A DNA stretch of 32,253 bases from a virus (IMGVR_UViG_2558860288_000008:1-32253); one strand, 5' to 3'; positions 1 to 9,507 are shown, counted from the stretch's first letter. Notes: a model not told the origin generated them from the sequence alone. Numbers and translations: made by a program.

Positions 1-219
1 TTACATCCACATAATTTGCTGCCCTGACGGCAATGGGTGCGGCCTTACGGCGTGGACTTCTCCCGGCTTGACGATGTATCGCTGTACCGACTCATAAGTG
101 ATGAACGTGGCGCTGCAATTCACGTTCTGACACTGGTGATAACGCTCTTTTGTCGTGTCAGTGATATAGCGACTTGTACGCGCATGTGCGGCATGCTGGC
201 ATAAAGGACAATGAAACAT
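1..219 (-). CDS. ogr: Late gene transcription activator Ogr (zinc-finger), 72 aa
   Basis: Translation MFHCPLCQHAAHARTSRYITDTTKERYHQCQNVNCSATF... has the Cys-x2-Cys ... Cys-x4-Cys pattern of P2 Ogr; ATG at 217-219 (minus) preceded by GGAAGA. The track ORF extends further upstream from a non-ATG codon. Confidence 0.9.
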   Translation of the reverse strand: MFHCPLCQHAAHARTSRYITDTTKERYHQCQNVNCSATFITYESVQRYIVKPGEVHAVRPHPLPSGQQIMWM

Positions 220-243
220 CGCGAGCACCTCTTCCGGTTTTGT

Positions 244-272
244 TGATGGTGCCATTTTAGTTAATTTATCCT
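244..272 (-). promoter_or_regulatory. Candidate sigma70-type promoter for ogr (-35 TTGTTT at 267-272, -10 TAAAAT at 244-249, minus-strand sense)
   Basis: Hexamers read directly from the sequence with a 17-bp spacer, about 25 bp upstream of the ogr ATG; no experimental support. Confidence 0.35.
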
Positions 273-300
273 TATAAAACAAACAGATAAAAATAAAACA

Positions 301-1464
301 TTACTCATCACCTTCTGTTTCGTACTCCACATCAGAAAGCCTGACCTCAAGCTCCAAGGACGTCGTGAAGCCGCTATTATTCAGAAAGTGTGTCACCTTA
401 GTGATTGTCCAGTCCTGCTCGTCTATGACGCGCTTAAAGCCTGACACTTTAACCGGTGTTTCCGTGTAAATATCTGCCCGACCGGTAGCCAGGCTGATGG
501 AGAACTCCGCCACACCCCGTTGCAGTTTATCCCACTTCGCCTGAGCGGCGCGCATGGCCTGCGCTTTCGTGGCATATACCGTAGTCAGGGCAAAAACGTT
601 GTCAGCCTCACCGGCCATGTATTCACCTTCGCGCGCTTCCGGTACTTTTGGCGCTTTCTTCTGCGTGACCGGTTTCGCTTTCGGGTGCTCCAGTGCGCGC
701 AGGTGTTTTTCTTTCTTTTTGCGTTTCAGTTTTACTTTCTGCTTTTGTGGCTTCGGGTCTTTGGTGTGTAACCACTTTGCCGTTACGCCGGTATAGGCTC
801 CACGGTCAGCAATCGCAAAATGATGACGGTCGCCGTCGCTGCGGGTGATGGTAATCTGCGGGATTTTTTTACCGCTGGCCGTCACCCCCTGCCCCGCTTT
901 GAGAAACAACAGTTTTCCCATTTTTACCGCCACCTCACCGCCGTTGCGTTCTGCAAGACGGGTCAGGAATTTCGCATCAGACTCCTGCGACTGGTCGATG
1001 TGCGGGATTTTAATTCCGGCCAGTGACGGAGCGACACTGGCTTCCAGCCTGTTACGGGAGGCTATCGCCTCAACAATCGCACCGAGCGTGGTGTCATGCC
1101 AGGAGCCTTCACGGCGGGAATTGAGCGTCCCGCGGAAATCTGCACTCCGGGCGCGGATGGTAACCACATCCGGCGCGCCCCGGTGTTCAACCTCATCAAC
1201 GGTAAATTTCCCTTTGCATACCAGGGCAAAACCTTTCCAGCCGATATACACCGTCAGAACAGCGCCACGAACCGGCAGTTCGACCTGCCCGTCGGCATCG
1301 TTCAGTTCAATATCAAGCTGATCAGCCTCAAAGCCCCGGTTATCCGTCAGGGTCATGCTCATCAGACGGTCGCTGATATTGCCGGTAATATCCCTGCTGT
1401 CGAGCATCAGCATGTAATCCGGCGTCAGCGTACTGCCTGCATCAAATGTCAGCGCATCCAGCAT
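301..1464 (-). CDS. D: Tail protein D (late control/tail), 387 aa
   Basis: Translation MLDALTFDAGSTLTPDYMLMLDSRDITG...; same length and position (between ogr and U) as P2 gpD; stop/start overlap with U. Confidence 0.9.
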   Translation of the reverse strand: MLDALTFDAGSTLTPDYMLMLDSRDITGNISDRLMSMTLTDNRGFEADQLDIELNDADGQVELPVRGAVLTVYIGWKGFALVCKGKFTVDEVEHRGAPDVVTIRARSADFRGTLNSRREGSWHDTTLGAIVEAIASRNRLEASVAPSLAGIKIPHIDQSQESDAKFLTRLAERNGGEVAVKMGKLLFLKAGQGVTASGKKIPQITITRSDGDRHHFAIADRGAYTGVTAKWLHTKDPKPQKQKVKLKRKKKEKHLRALEHPKAKPVTQKKAPKVPEAREGEYMAGEADNVFALTTVYATKAQAMRAAQAKWDKLQRGVAEFSISLATGRADIYTETPVKVSGFKRVIDEQDWTITKVTHFLNNSGFTTSLELEVRLSDVEYETEGDE

Positions 1465-1943
1465 TATTCCGCCCCCGTCATCCCCGTGAATCTGGTCGCC
1501 AGACTACCGGCCTTACCGATGAGCGACTCCGCCTGTTTACCGATATCGCCATAAAGCGCGGCCAGTGATTCATCCACGCGGGTGAGTGACAGCGTAAAAT
1601 CAATTTTCCGGGGTGTGCCGTCTGCAAAGAAAATACTCCCTGTTTCACTCACCCTGCTGATGACATACATGCCGTAAATCATGCCTGTGCCATCCAGCAA
1701 CGGCCACGCCCGGCCTTCCTCTGCCATCAGCCTGAGCGTGGTCATCGTCAGCTTTCCGCCGGTCAGTTCGGGATAAAGCACACCGGCCAGCGTCAAGTTT
1801 TCCTCACCCACACCGAGAAACTGGTAGGCCTCCCGTTTACCGATACGGGAATTTGACGGCCAGCGATAATCTGATTCACGCTGCATGGTCTGGTGTGGCA
1901 GCGTCTGGCGCATAAAAACAAACATACCTAACGCGAGCATCAT
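1464..1943 (-). CDS. U: Tail protein U, 159 aa
   Basis: Translation MMLALGMFVFMRQTLPHQT...; position and length match P2 gpU; ATG at 1941-1943 (minus). Confidence 0.9.
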   Translation of the reverse strand: MMLALGMFVFMRQTLPHQTMQRESDYRWPSNSRIGKREAYQFLGVGEENLTLAGVLYPELTGGKLTMTTLRLMAEEGRAWPLLDGTGMIYGMYVISRVSETGSIFFADGTPRKIDFTLSLTRVDESLAALYGDIGKQAESLIGKAGSLATRFTGMTGAE

Positions 1944-1957
1944 TTTTCGTCACCTCC

Positions 1958-4405
1958 TTAACCGTCATGCATCATGCTGGCACGGGCGCGGGCACGTTTA
2001 TCCCGCTCGTATTTTTCGAGTGCATCCTGTAACTGGCGGTCGAGCTGTGTCTCCGGCGCAGTACCGCCCGTCAGGCTGATGTGATATTCGTTTTTACTCT
2101 GGTCCACATAAGAGCGACCAGCCGGTGCCGTGACCGGCTGATAAGCCTGATAGCCTGCATAAGAGCTGGTCGCCGGAATATAACCACCGGTGCCATACGT
2201 GGCGGCATTAGTCCTTGCGGCGGTCTGGTCAAGTGTGTCTGACTCTTTGTTGATAACACCGAGTTTTTCCAGTACCCAGTCAATACCGCTGCGCAGTTTG
2301 TTGAACGCATTAAGCGGCAGCATTAACGCGTCAGCCAGTGCCTGCCCGAACATGACGCCCGTGTCACGGCAACGGTTCAGGGTGTCCTGTGTGGCTTTGA
2401 CCGGGGCAATCAGGTTTTTAAACCACTGCCACACGGCCTGTAACTTTTCACCCAGCCAGTCAAACACCGGCTTAAGTGGCGTGAACAGTTCCCCCACCGG
2501 CGCAAATGCCGCTTTCAGCCCTTCCACCACACCGCCAAAGAATGCGCTGACAGGCTCCCAGTATTTACGGATAAGCAACGCCCCGGCGACAATGGCGGCC
2601 ACCACGGCCACAACCGGCCAGCTAATCGCCCCGATGGCGGTTATAACAGCACTGCCAACCGTCGTGAAGATTGCCCCCATTGCGCCTGCTGCCGCGATGA
2701 TGGCATTGATGCCGGTGATAACCGGCCAGGCTACGAGGCCAATGGCACCGATGACACCAATCAGTGCCAGTGCACCACCGACAATGATGCCGATGGTTGA
2801 CGCCAGTGATTTGTTTTTCTGGATCCAGCCGTCGAGTTTTAACACATACTTTGTGGCCGTCTGCGTGAGATTACGCAGTGCGCCTTCCTGCTGGTCAAAC
2901 AGGTCAGTCCCCACCGCCTCATAAGCGGACTGAAACTCCTTAAAGTCACCGCCGAGGTTGTCCTGCATGATATTTACCAGCTCTGCGGTCTTCCCGTCTG
3001 AGGCTTTAAACGCAGCGGTCAGTTTGTCCAGCTTTCCGGTTGAGGCGGCAGTCATCAGCACAGCGGCGGCTGAGCTGGCCTCCTCCCCGAAAATGGTTTT
3101 CATGTATTCAGCCTGCTGGGCAGTACCGAGCCGGTTTTTCTCAAAACTGGCCTGCATTTCTTTCAGAATGGTAAATATTGGCCGGGTGTTTCCCTTGCTG
3201 TCTGAGGTTTTCACGCCAAGCTCTTTGAGTGCATCCCATGCTTTTCCCGTTGGTGCCTGCAGGCGACTTAACACGGCACGGCTTCCCGTCCCCGCCATTG
3301 AGCCTGTAATTTTTGCATCATGCAGCGCCCCGACCATTGCGGCGGTTTCTTCAATGCTGACACCGGCATTTTTTGCCACAGGTGCGGCATAGGTCAGCGC
3401 ATCGCTCATGCCGTCAAAATCGGCGGCGGTTTTGTTCATCGTCATGGAGAGAACGTCCCCGATATGAGCGACCTTATCGTTTGAAAGCTGAAAGGCGGAT
3501 TTCATCCCCATCAGCAGGGCGGCGTTTTCCTCCATCGTGCGGCGGTTCGCCAGTGCCATGTTCAGCGTGACCGGCGTTGCCGCCTGAATGGCATCAACAT
3601 CCCCACCCGCTTTCGCGATGATTATCTGTGCACCGGCCGCATCATCCGCCGAAGCGGCGGTATTGTCGCCGAGCTGGCGCGCCTGTTTGCGTAGTGCGGT
3701 CATTTCGGCGGAGTCTTTTGCCACTCCGAGCACAGCCTGCAATTCTGAGTTTTTTTGCGCAAACTCGTAGCCGGGCATCAGCAGCTTAACACCGGCCATC
3801 GTTCCCGCCGCCGCAATCCCCACACCGGCAGCGCCGACTGAAGCCATTTTTCCGGCCAGTTCCTTTCCGGCCTGATAACGCTGTTTTACTGCGTTAAGTT
3901 TTGCCTGTTGCGCACTGACACGCGCCAGCGCGTCACGCTGCCGGTTAAGCTGTGCGGTGGTTTCACTGATACGGTTTTTCAGCCCCTGCTCATCATGTGC
4001 AAGATTGCGGGTATTAATTCCCACAGCAGCCAGTTCCCGCTGCTGGCGTTTAACGGAATCCGTCAGGCGGTTATATTTCGCCTGTAAGTCCTCCGCTGCT
4101 CGCTTTGCGGATTCCAGCACTTTCGCCTGAGCACGGGTCGGACGCTCGGTGTTTTTAAACTGTGTGGCAAGGGCTTCGGCCTCCTGCCGAGCCTTTTCAA
4201 GTGCATGACCAGTCACGGCGAGCTGTGCACTGGTCTTGCGAAATCCCTCAATACGGGATGCCTGACCGTTCAGCTCGCGCAGTGATTTTTGTGTTTCCCG
4301 GATATCCCCCGACAGCGATTTGCTCGCTGTGCGGATGGATTTAAACGGGCGGGATGCCTGGTCAACAGCCCTGAGCAATACCTGTAATTTTACATTGTTA
4401 CTCAT
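1958..4405 (-). CDS. T: Tail tape measure protein T, 815 aa
   Basis: Long Ala/Gly-rich, coiled-coil-like protein with a hydrophobic central segment (IGIIVGGALALIGVIGAIGLVAW...), located after E/E' as in P2; length matches P2 gpT. Confidence 0.9.
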   Translation of the reverse strand: MSNNVKLQVLLRAVDQASRPFKSIRTASKSLSGDIRETQKSLRELNGQASRIEGFRKTSAQLAVTGHALEKARQEAEALATQFKNTERPTRAQAKVLESAKRAAEDLQAKYNRLTDSVKRQQRELAAVGINTRNLAHDEQGLKNRISETTAQLNRQRDALARVSAQQAKLNAVKQRYQAGKELAGKMASVGAAGVGIAAAGTMAGVKLLMPGYEFAQKNSELQAVLGVAKDSAEMTALRKQARQLGDNTAASADDAAGAQIIIAKAGGDVDAIQAATPVTLNMALANRRTMEENAALLMGMKSAFQLSNDKVAHIGDVLSMTMNKTAADFDGMSDALTYAAPVAKNAGVSIEETAAMVGALHDAKITGSMAGTGSRAVLSRLQAPTGKAWDALKELGVKTSDSKGNTRPIFTILKEMQASFEKNRLGTAQQAEYMKTIFGEEASSAAAVLMTAASTGKLDKLTAAFKASDGKTAELVNIMQDNLGGDFKEFQSAYEAVGTDLFDQQEGALRNLTQTATKYVLKLDGWIQKNKSLASTIGIIVGGALALIGVIGAIGLVAWPVITGINAIIAAAGAMGAIFTTVGSAVITAIGAISWPVVAVVAAIVAGALLIRKYWEPVSAFFGGVVEGLKAAFAPVGELFTPLKPVFDWLGEKLQAVWQWFKNLIAPVKATQDTLNRCRDTGVMFGQALADALMLPLNAFNKLRSGIDWVLEKLGVINKESDTLDQTAARTNAATYGTGGYIPATSSYAGYQAYQPVTAPAGRSYVDQSKNEYHISLTGGTAPETQLDRQLQDALEKYERDKRARARASMMHDG

Positions 4406-4825
4406 TCGTGTTTCCGCTTCGCCGGAGCGCCTTTTCGCGCCATGTGATGAGTTCGGTCAGGCTCATGGGATACAGTTCTGATGGCGGCCAGTGAAATATC
4501 ACTGCCACATCCGCCATCAGGTCATCGACCGACAGATTTTTCGGGAACGTCACTGCACCGAGTTCGGCGACAAAAAACCGACCACCTTACCGGCCAGCGC
4601 CACAAGGTCAGGCAGTTCCAGTGCGGCGACCTCCTGCTCGGTCAGCATCGGTGCCGTCATGCGCGGCAGCACTTTAATCAGTGCATCGACTTCGGAGTTT
4701 GCGACCGCAGCCAGACTGACACCGCGCAGCGTCCCGGCATTAGGTTTCATCAGCGTGACCTGTTCGATAACCTGCTCACCACGCCTGACCGGATTGTCCA
4801 GGGTAATCACATTTTCTTTGTTCAT
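4398..4825 (-). CDS. E+E': Tail assembly chaperone E+E' produced by a programmed -1 ribosomal frameshift
   Basis: Hand-translating the -1 frame downstream of the slippery site gives FFVAELGAVTFPKNLSVDDLMADVAVIFHWPPSELYPMSLTELITWREKALRRSGNTNE, ending at TAA 4398-4400, which overlaps the T start codon. Confidence 0.8.
4550..4825 (-). CDS. E: Tail assembly chaperone E (zero-frame product), 91 aa
   Basis: Translation MNKENVITLDNPVRRGEQVIEQVTLMKPNAGTLRGV...GFLSPNSVQ; the conserved position between FII and T. Confidence 0.9.
   Translation of the reverse strand: MNKENVITLDNPVRRGEQVIEQVTLMKPNAGTLRGVSLAAVANSEVDALIKVLPRMTAPMLTEQEVAALELPDLVALAGKVVGFLSPNSVQ
4571..4577 (-). other. Slippery heptamer T-TTT-TTG for the E/E' -1 frameshift
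   Basis: On the mRNA the E frame reads GGT TTT TTG TCG; the plus strand shows caaaaaa at 4571-4577. This is the classic tail-chaperone frameshift arrangement. Confidence 0.8.
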
Positions 4826-4881
4826 GGTTTTCTCACTTCTGAATCGGGGTTAACCGGTCAGCCAGGCTGACCGGATGAAAA

Positions 4882-5400
4882 TCACAGGCCGATATTGCGG
4901 CGGTGTTGCTCCAGCCGGTCGACGCCGTTCACCTTCTCAATCATGTTGATGGTGTCGATTTCGACCAGCTCCTTGCCGTCCATCGTCAGCCGGAAATAGG
5001 TGCAGACCACGGAGATTTTCGACTCGGTGTCTTCTCCCTGTTTGCCCTCGCCGGTGTCGATTTCTTTCTGACGTCCACGCATGACCACCTCGACGGCCAC
5101 CGTTTCGCCGGTATCGTCGCGCTGGTAAGAGCCTGCAAAACGAATCGGTACGGCATCCACACCGGTTGCGGCGTAAAGCTCCCAGATAACCGAATCCGGG
5201 AAGCCACCGAGCGACCACTCCATTGACAGCGCATCGTCATCAAGGCCGAGGTCTACCGGTGCGCTGCCGTTCATCCCCGCACCGCGATAGTTTTCGAGCT
5301 TACGGGTCAGTTTTGGTAGCGTGACGGACTTCGCGACGCCCTGATAGCTGTAGCCGTTCAGAAAGACGTTCATTAACTTGAGTTTGCGCGGCATTGCCAT
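4882..5400 (-). CDS. FII: Tail tube protein FII, 172 aa
   Basis: Translation MAMPRKLKLMNVFLNGYSYQGVAKSVTLPKLTRKLENYRGAGMNG...; follows the sheath gene; length matches P2 FII. Confidence 0.9.
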   Translation of the reverse strand: MAMPRKLKLMNVFLNGYSYQGVAKSVTLPKLTRKLENYRGAGMNGSAPVDLGLDDDALSMEWSLGGFPDSVIWELYAATGVDAVPIRFAGSYQRDDTGETVAVEVVMRGRQKEIDTGEGKQGEDTESKISVVCTYFRLTMDGKELVEIDTINMIEKVNGVDRLEQHRRNIGL

Positions 5401-5412
5401 CGGTCAGGCTCC

Positions 5413-6603
5413 TTAATTGCTGTTAACCGAGGTGACCAGATTTGCCAGGTATTTATCGGTAATACGCTGGCGCAGGGTCAGGTTTTCAAGAGGAGGCACC
5501 GGTGTATAGTCGTAGTCGATATACAGTTTTCCGGCCTTGAGGGTTTCCGCATCGTTGGATTCTTCGCTGAACCAGCAGGTCGCATCCACGATATAGCCGT
5601 TTGTTTTCAGCTCACGGAATTTGGCATTGATACCGTCAACGATGTCGCGAATCAGCGTTGCGGTGATGGGCTTGTCCACCGCCCACATGTGCGCCTCAGC
5701 CATCGTGTCGGCCAGCACCTGCGCGGTGCGGGTGTAGTTTTCAAAGAGGAACAGCGGGTCATCAGAGCAGGTACGGTTACCCCAGAAGCGGAAACCGTCG
5801 CGGCGAATCAGCGTAGTGACGCCTGACTCGTTAAGCAGGTCAGCATCGGTGCCGGACTCCTGCAAATCCCAGAATACAGATGCACTGATGCCGGTAACAC
5901 CGTTCACCCCAACGTTGGACAGCGTTTTATGCCAGCCCTGCTCCTGGTCGATTTTAGCGCGCAGCCCCAGCGCACGGGCAGTGGCATACGCGGTGGCGGT
6001 GGTACTGGTGACCGTATCCCATGCGAGGAAATCCGGCCAGATGACCATCAGCTCACGCTGGCTGAAATTCTGGCGGTAAGCTTTCACCTCGGAAATGGTC
6101 TTACAGCCCCATGCGCTGATATACCCGAAAGCGCGCAGCTTCTGACAGACGGATACCAGTGCAACAGCCACCTCTTTGGTGTCCAGTCCCGGCACACCGA
6201 GAATACGCGGTTTAACACCGGTTACCGACTCCGCCGCCAGCAGGGCTTTCAGTCCGGTGTACTGACCGTTTTCGTCGGTGGTGCCGATGATATTGGAAAC
6301 GGTCTGCGCAAGTTTCGTTTCCTCGTCGTCGCCGGTGCCGTCTTCCACACGCACGACAACGGTGACCGGTTTTGACTGGTCGGCGATGGCCTGCAACGAT
6401 GCCGCCAGCGTGCCTTTTTTACCGGCCTTTGCAATTGCGCTCTGCACATTGGTAATCAGCACTGGTTTATTGAGGGGGAAGATTTCCGCATCCGCATCGC
6501 TGGCCGTGCAGACCATGCCAACAATGGCGGTGGATACGGTGGAAATGACGCGGGTGCCGTCGTTAATCTCCAGCACCTGCACGCCGTGATGATAGTCACT
6601 CAT
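5413..6603 (-). CDS. FI: Contractile tail sheath protein FI, 396 aa
   Basis: Translation MSDYHHGVQVLEINDGTRVISTVSTAIVGMVCTASDADA...; GGAG ribosome-binding site upstream on the minus strand; length matches P2 FI. Confidence 0.9.
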   Translation of the reverse strand: MSDYHHGVQVLEINDGTRVISTVSTAIVGMVCTASDADAEIFPLNKPVLITNVQSAIAKAGKKGTLAASLQAIADQSKPVTVVVRVEDGTGDDEETKLAQTVSNIIGTTDENGQYTGLKALLAAESVTGVKPRILGVPGLDTKEVAVALVSVCQKLRAFGYISAWGCKTISEVKAYRQNFSQRELMVIWPDFLAWDTVTSTTATAYATARALGLRAKIDQEQGWHKTLSNVGVNGVTGISASVFWDLQESGTDADLLNESGVTTLIRRDGFRFWGNRTCSDDPLFLFENYTRTAQVLADTMAEAHMWAVDKPITATLIRDIVDGINAKFRELKTNGYIVDATCWFSEESNDAETLKAGKLYIDYDYTPVPPLENLTLRQRITDKYLANLVTSVNSN

Positions 6604-6989
6604 CCGTTTAACTCCGTGGTTAATGGGTGCAACTATTTTCTGTTGGGCAGTGCATGAGACGCTATTTGACCTGGCTGGTCAGTGGATGAAACAACAGATA
6701 AAGAAAAGGCAGGCAATTCGCCCGCCTGTCCTGATTTGTACTCACTCATTTTCCGACTGACAGTTTACATAGCCCAAAAGCTATCAAATCTGACAGTTTC
6801 CTTTGAGCGAGAAGCGGAAGTTGTTCATTTATACAAGTCTGAAAGATGACTACCGAAGCTACAGCGATTCGGTTCATTCATCCACAAATAGTTCCTTTAC
6901 ATTTCATATGTTGATATCCACAATATGCGACAGAGCAGCGCTATGTTTTTATAACCATATGTTTTTCAATTGCTTTAGTTGAGGTAATA

Positions 6990-8576
6990 ATGATACCAAT
7001 CAAAGATCTAACTCTTGGCTATGCTGATGCTGAAAATTATAAGAGAAGGGAGAATAAAGAATTACTTAACAAAGTGTTCATACGTGATAATCACCTATCT
7101 AGATTATGTGAACCAAATATATCGTTTCTTGTAGGAGAGAAAGGTACTGGTAAAACCGCATACTCTATCTATCTCTCAAATAACAATATTAACAATACGC
7201 TAGCTACAACTAAATATATAAGAGAGACAGAATATCAAAAATTTATCACTCTTAAATCTGAAAAGCATTTAAATTTGTCTGACTTCTCTGGCATATGGAA
7301 AGTTATTCTATATTTATTAATATCAAAACAAGTATTAGATAAAGAAGGGAAAATTTCAAAGTTACTAAATTATTCAAAATTCTCATCACTTAATGATGCA
7401 ATAGATGAGTATTATCTTAAGGCATTTTCACCAGAAATAATTCAAGCCCTCAGTTTTGTTCAAGAGTCAAAAGTTGCAGCCGAACTACTTCATAAGCATG
7501 CAACCTTAAAAGGTGAAGAAAGAGAGTCTTTATCTTTTTCTGAGAGCAGATTTCAGATAAATTTATTTTATATACAAAAAAAATTTGAAGAGGCCTTTAG
7601 CCAAATACGTTTATCTCAAAATCATATTTTATTTATCGATGGTATTGATATCCGCCCTTCCTCAATTCCATACGATGATTATCTAGAATGTATAAAAGGA
7701 TTAGCTCACGCAGTCTGGGAGATTAACAACGATTTCTTCCCAAGTATAAAGGGAGGAAAAGGGAGAATGAAGGCCGTTCTCTTGATCAGGCCAGATATAT
7801 TTGAATCCATAGGATTACAAAATCAAAACGCAAAAATCAGAGATAATTCAGTATTCTTGGACTGGCGGACAGAATATGTTAACCACCGTAGCTCTCAATT
7901 ATTTGAGGTATTAGATCATCTGCTTAGGACTCAGCAAGACATGGCCCTTAAAAAGGGACAGGCATGGGACCATTATTTCCCTTGGGATTCACCCAACGTC
8001 CATGATAATTATAACCACCCCACATCATTTATTAATTTCCTTCGCTGGTCATATTATCGCCCAAGAGATATATTACGGATGCTCGAAATTATCAAATCAC
8101 ACGCCAGCGGTGATGATGGGAAAAATCAATTTAGTCTAGATGACTTTGAAAGTCCTAGCATGCAAAGAGATTACTCTAACTATTTACTTGGAGAAATAAA
8201 AGATCATTTATCATTTTATTATGGAAGTGAACATTATGAGATTTTTTTAAAGTTCTTTGAATTCCTCTCTGGAAAAGATACTTTTGATTACGCTGAATAC
8301 CTCTTAGCATATGAACAACTTGAAACTCATATTAGTTCCATTTCCACAACAAAACCAAAATTCATGACAACTGCAAATGACTTCCTTCAGTTTCTTTTTG
8401 GTCTCAATGTAATATGCTATATAGAAACAACCGAAGATAATAATAGGTTTATACGTTGGTGTTTTAGAGAAAGAAGTTACGCAAATATCTCACCAAAAAT
8501 AAAAACAGGAATGAAATATCAAATATTTTATGGCTTGGAAAAAGCCTTAAACGTCGGAAAGGCTTTAAAAAAATAA
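6990..8576 (+). CDS. AT-rich accessory gene: 528-aa P-loop NTPase of unassigned family (candidate anti-phage/exclusion protein at the Z/fun position)
   Basis: Walker A GEKGTGKT (aa 49-56, nt 7134-7157), Walker B-like hhhhD (HILFIDGID), and a possible sensor-like RPRDILRML motif. GAGG ribosome-binding site before the ATG at 6990. Strand is opposite to the flanking late genes and the base composition is strongly AT-rich compared with them. Confidence 0.8.
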   Translation: MIPIKDLTLGYADAENYKRRENKELLNKVFIRDNHLSRLCEPNISFLVGEKGTGKTAYSIYLSNNNINNTLATTKYIRETEYQKFITLKSEKHLNLSDFSGIWKVILYLLISKQVLDKEGKISKLLNYSKFSSLNDAIDEYYLKAFSPEIIQALSFVQESKVAAELLHKHATLKGEERESLSFSESRFQINLFYIQKKFEEAFSQIRLSQNHILFIDGIDIRPSSIPYDDYLECIKGLAHAVWEINNDFFPSIKGGKGRMKAVLLIRPDIFESIGLQNQNAKIRDNSVFLDWRTEYVNHRSSQLFEVLDHLLRTQQDMALKKGQAWDHYFPWDSPNVHDNYNHPTSFINFLRWSYYRPRDILRMLEIIKSHASGDDGKNQFSLDDFESPSMQRDYSNYLLGEIKDHLSFYYGSEHYEIFLKFFEFLSGKDTFDYAEYLLAYEQLETHISSISTTKPKFMTTANDFLQFLFGLNVICYIETTEDNNRFIRWCFRERSYANISPKIKTGMKYQIFYGLEKALNVGKALKK

Positions 8577-8585
8577 AAAACAAAA

Positions 8586-8610
8586 ATGGCGAGTGGAAAA
8601 CACTTGCCAT
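8586..8610. terminator. Hairpin (10-bp stem ATGGCGAGTG / CACTTGCCAT) flanked by an A/T tract; terminator-like, most convincing for minus-strand transcripts
   Basis: Stem-loop read directly; on the minus-strand RNA it is followed by a long U-tract (UUUUGUUUUUAUUUUU); on the plus strand it follows the NTPase stop but lacks a 3' U-run. Confidence 0.45.
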
Positions 8611-8976
8611 TCACCTCATAGTAATAACTAATAGTAGATAATTTTAACGGGACGCAGACCGAATTGTGTAATCTGAACATTTACCAAATATTTAAAATAT
8701 TATCTGAACTGAGTGATGCCAATCATAGCGCCAATACCTCTTCGCAAGTGACACTTGATGCAGAAAGCTATTTTTAAAACACGCGATAATAATCATCTCC
8801 TATGCCCTATCATCTTATGATTCTGTACAGGAAGACGCACGTTAGCTATGCAATCAAAACACACTGATATGACCATTGTTCTTGTTTATAAGGTCCGCTT
8901 TTGGCACAGAGTGGACTTCAGATTAGGCTTTACTCTGTGCCATAGATATGTAAGTTCACAACAGAGGTCATACAAC

Positions 8977-9504
8977 TTATTGCGGCATTTCCGGCCATTC
9001 AGGATTTGCAGGATCCACACGGCTGACCAGAACGCTGTAACGTTCCCATGACTCCAGTCGTGCACGTTCCTCATCCGTCGCCATATTCAGCCTGACAGCG
9101 CGTTCCAGTGGCTGAATAACGTTTTCCGCTTCGGAAAGTAACGCGGCCTTTTGTGATTCTGCCTGTTGTTGCTGTTCATCTGCCGTATAAATCCGTTTAA
9201 CCACAGCACCATCCTTAAACATCCATTTACCTGAGTCGTCAGCACGTCGGTTGGAGGTAATATCAGGAACCTCAACAACGCTAAAACCTTCAGGATTAAG
9301 CGTTGAAGCATCTCTGGTGATAGCGACAATAATATTATTTTCATCGTAAACAATCTTTATTGTGTCTGGCTGAAAGTTCTTCACTTCCTCATACCAGTTT
9401 TTTCCGTCTTCGGACCATAACCAGATAACATCAAAATTCTTTGTTAGCTGATATTGCTCTTTTGTTTTTGGATTACCTGACTTAATGTTCTTTAAATGCT
9501 GCAT
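8977..9504 (-). CDS. G: Tail fibre assembly chaperone G, 175 aa
   Basis: Translation [41 protein letters not shown]...; immediately downstream of H; length matches P2 gpG. Confidence 0.85.
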   Translation of the reverse strand: MQHLKNIKSGNPKTKEQYQLTKNFDVIWLWSEDGKNWYEEVKNFQPDTIKIVYDENNIIVAITRDASTLNPEGFSVVEVPDITSNRRADDSGKWMFKDGAVVKRIYTADEQQQQAESQKAALLSEAENVIQPLERAVRLNMATDEERARLESWERYSVLVSRVDPANPEWPEMPQ

Positions 9505-9507
9505 AAC

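Noticed and set aside
520-1554. Plus-strand ORFs (520..771, 554..796, 820..1026, 845..1321, 1096..1554) inside gene D
   Set aside because: Antisense shadow ORFs within a well-supported, GC-rich minus-strand structural gene; no ribosome-binding sites noted and no recognisable protein features.
2190-4344. Plus-strand ORFs (e.g. 2190..2924, 2958..3392) antisense to tape measure gene T
   Set aside because: Typical low-complexity Ala/Ser/Pro-rich antisense translations of a GC-rich gene; T occupies the locus in the expected P2 position.
6990-8576. Possibility that the 528-aa NTPase is an Old-type (OLD family ATPase plus Toprim) protein
   Set aside because: It is in the Z/fun position, not the old position; no Toprim-like acidic motif pattern was recognised in the C-terminal half; size and motif layout differ from what I recall for Old.
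8848-9074. ORFs 8848..9051 (+) and 8886..9074 (-) at the 3' end of G
   Set aside because: Overlap G and the AT-rich spacer, lack convincing ribosome-binding sites and have low-complexity translations; more likely non-coding.
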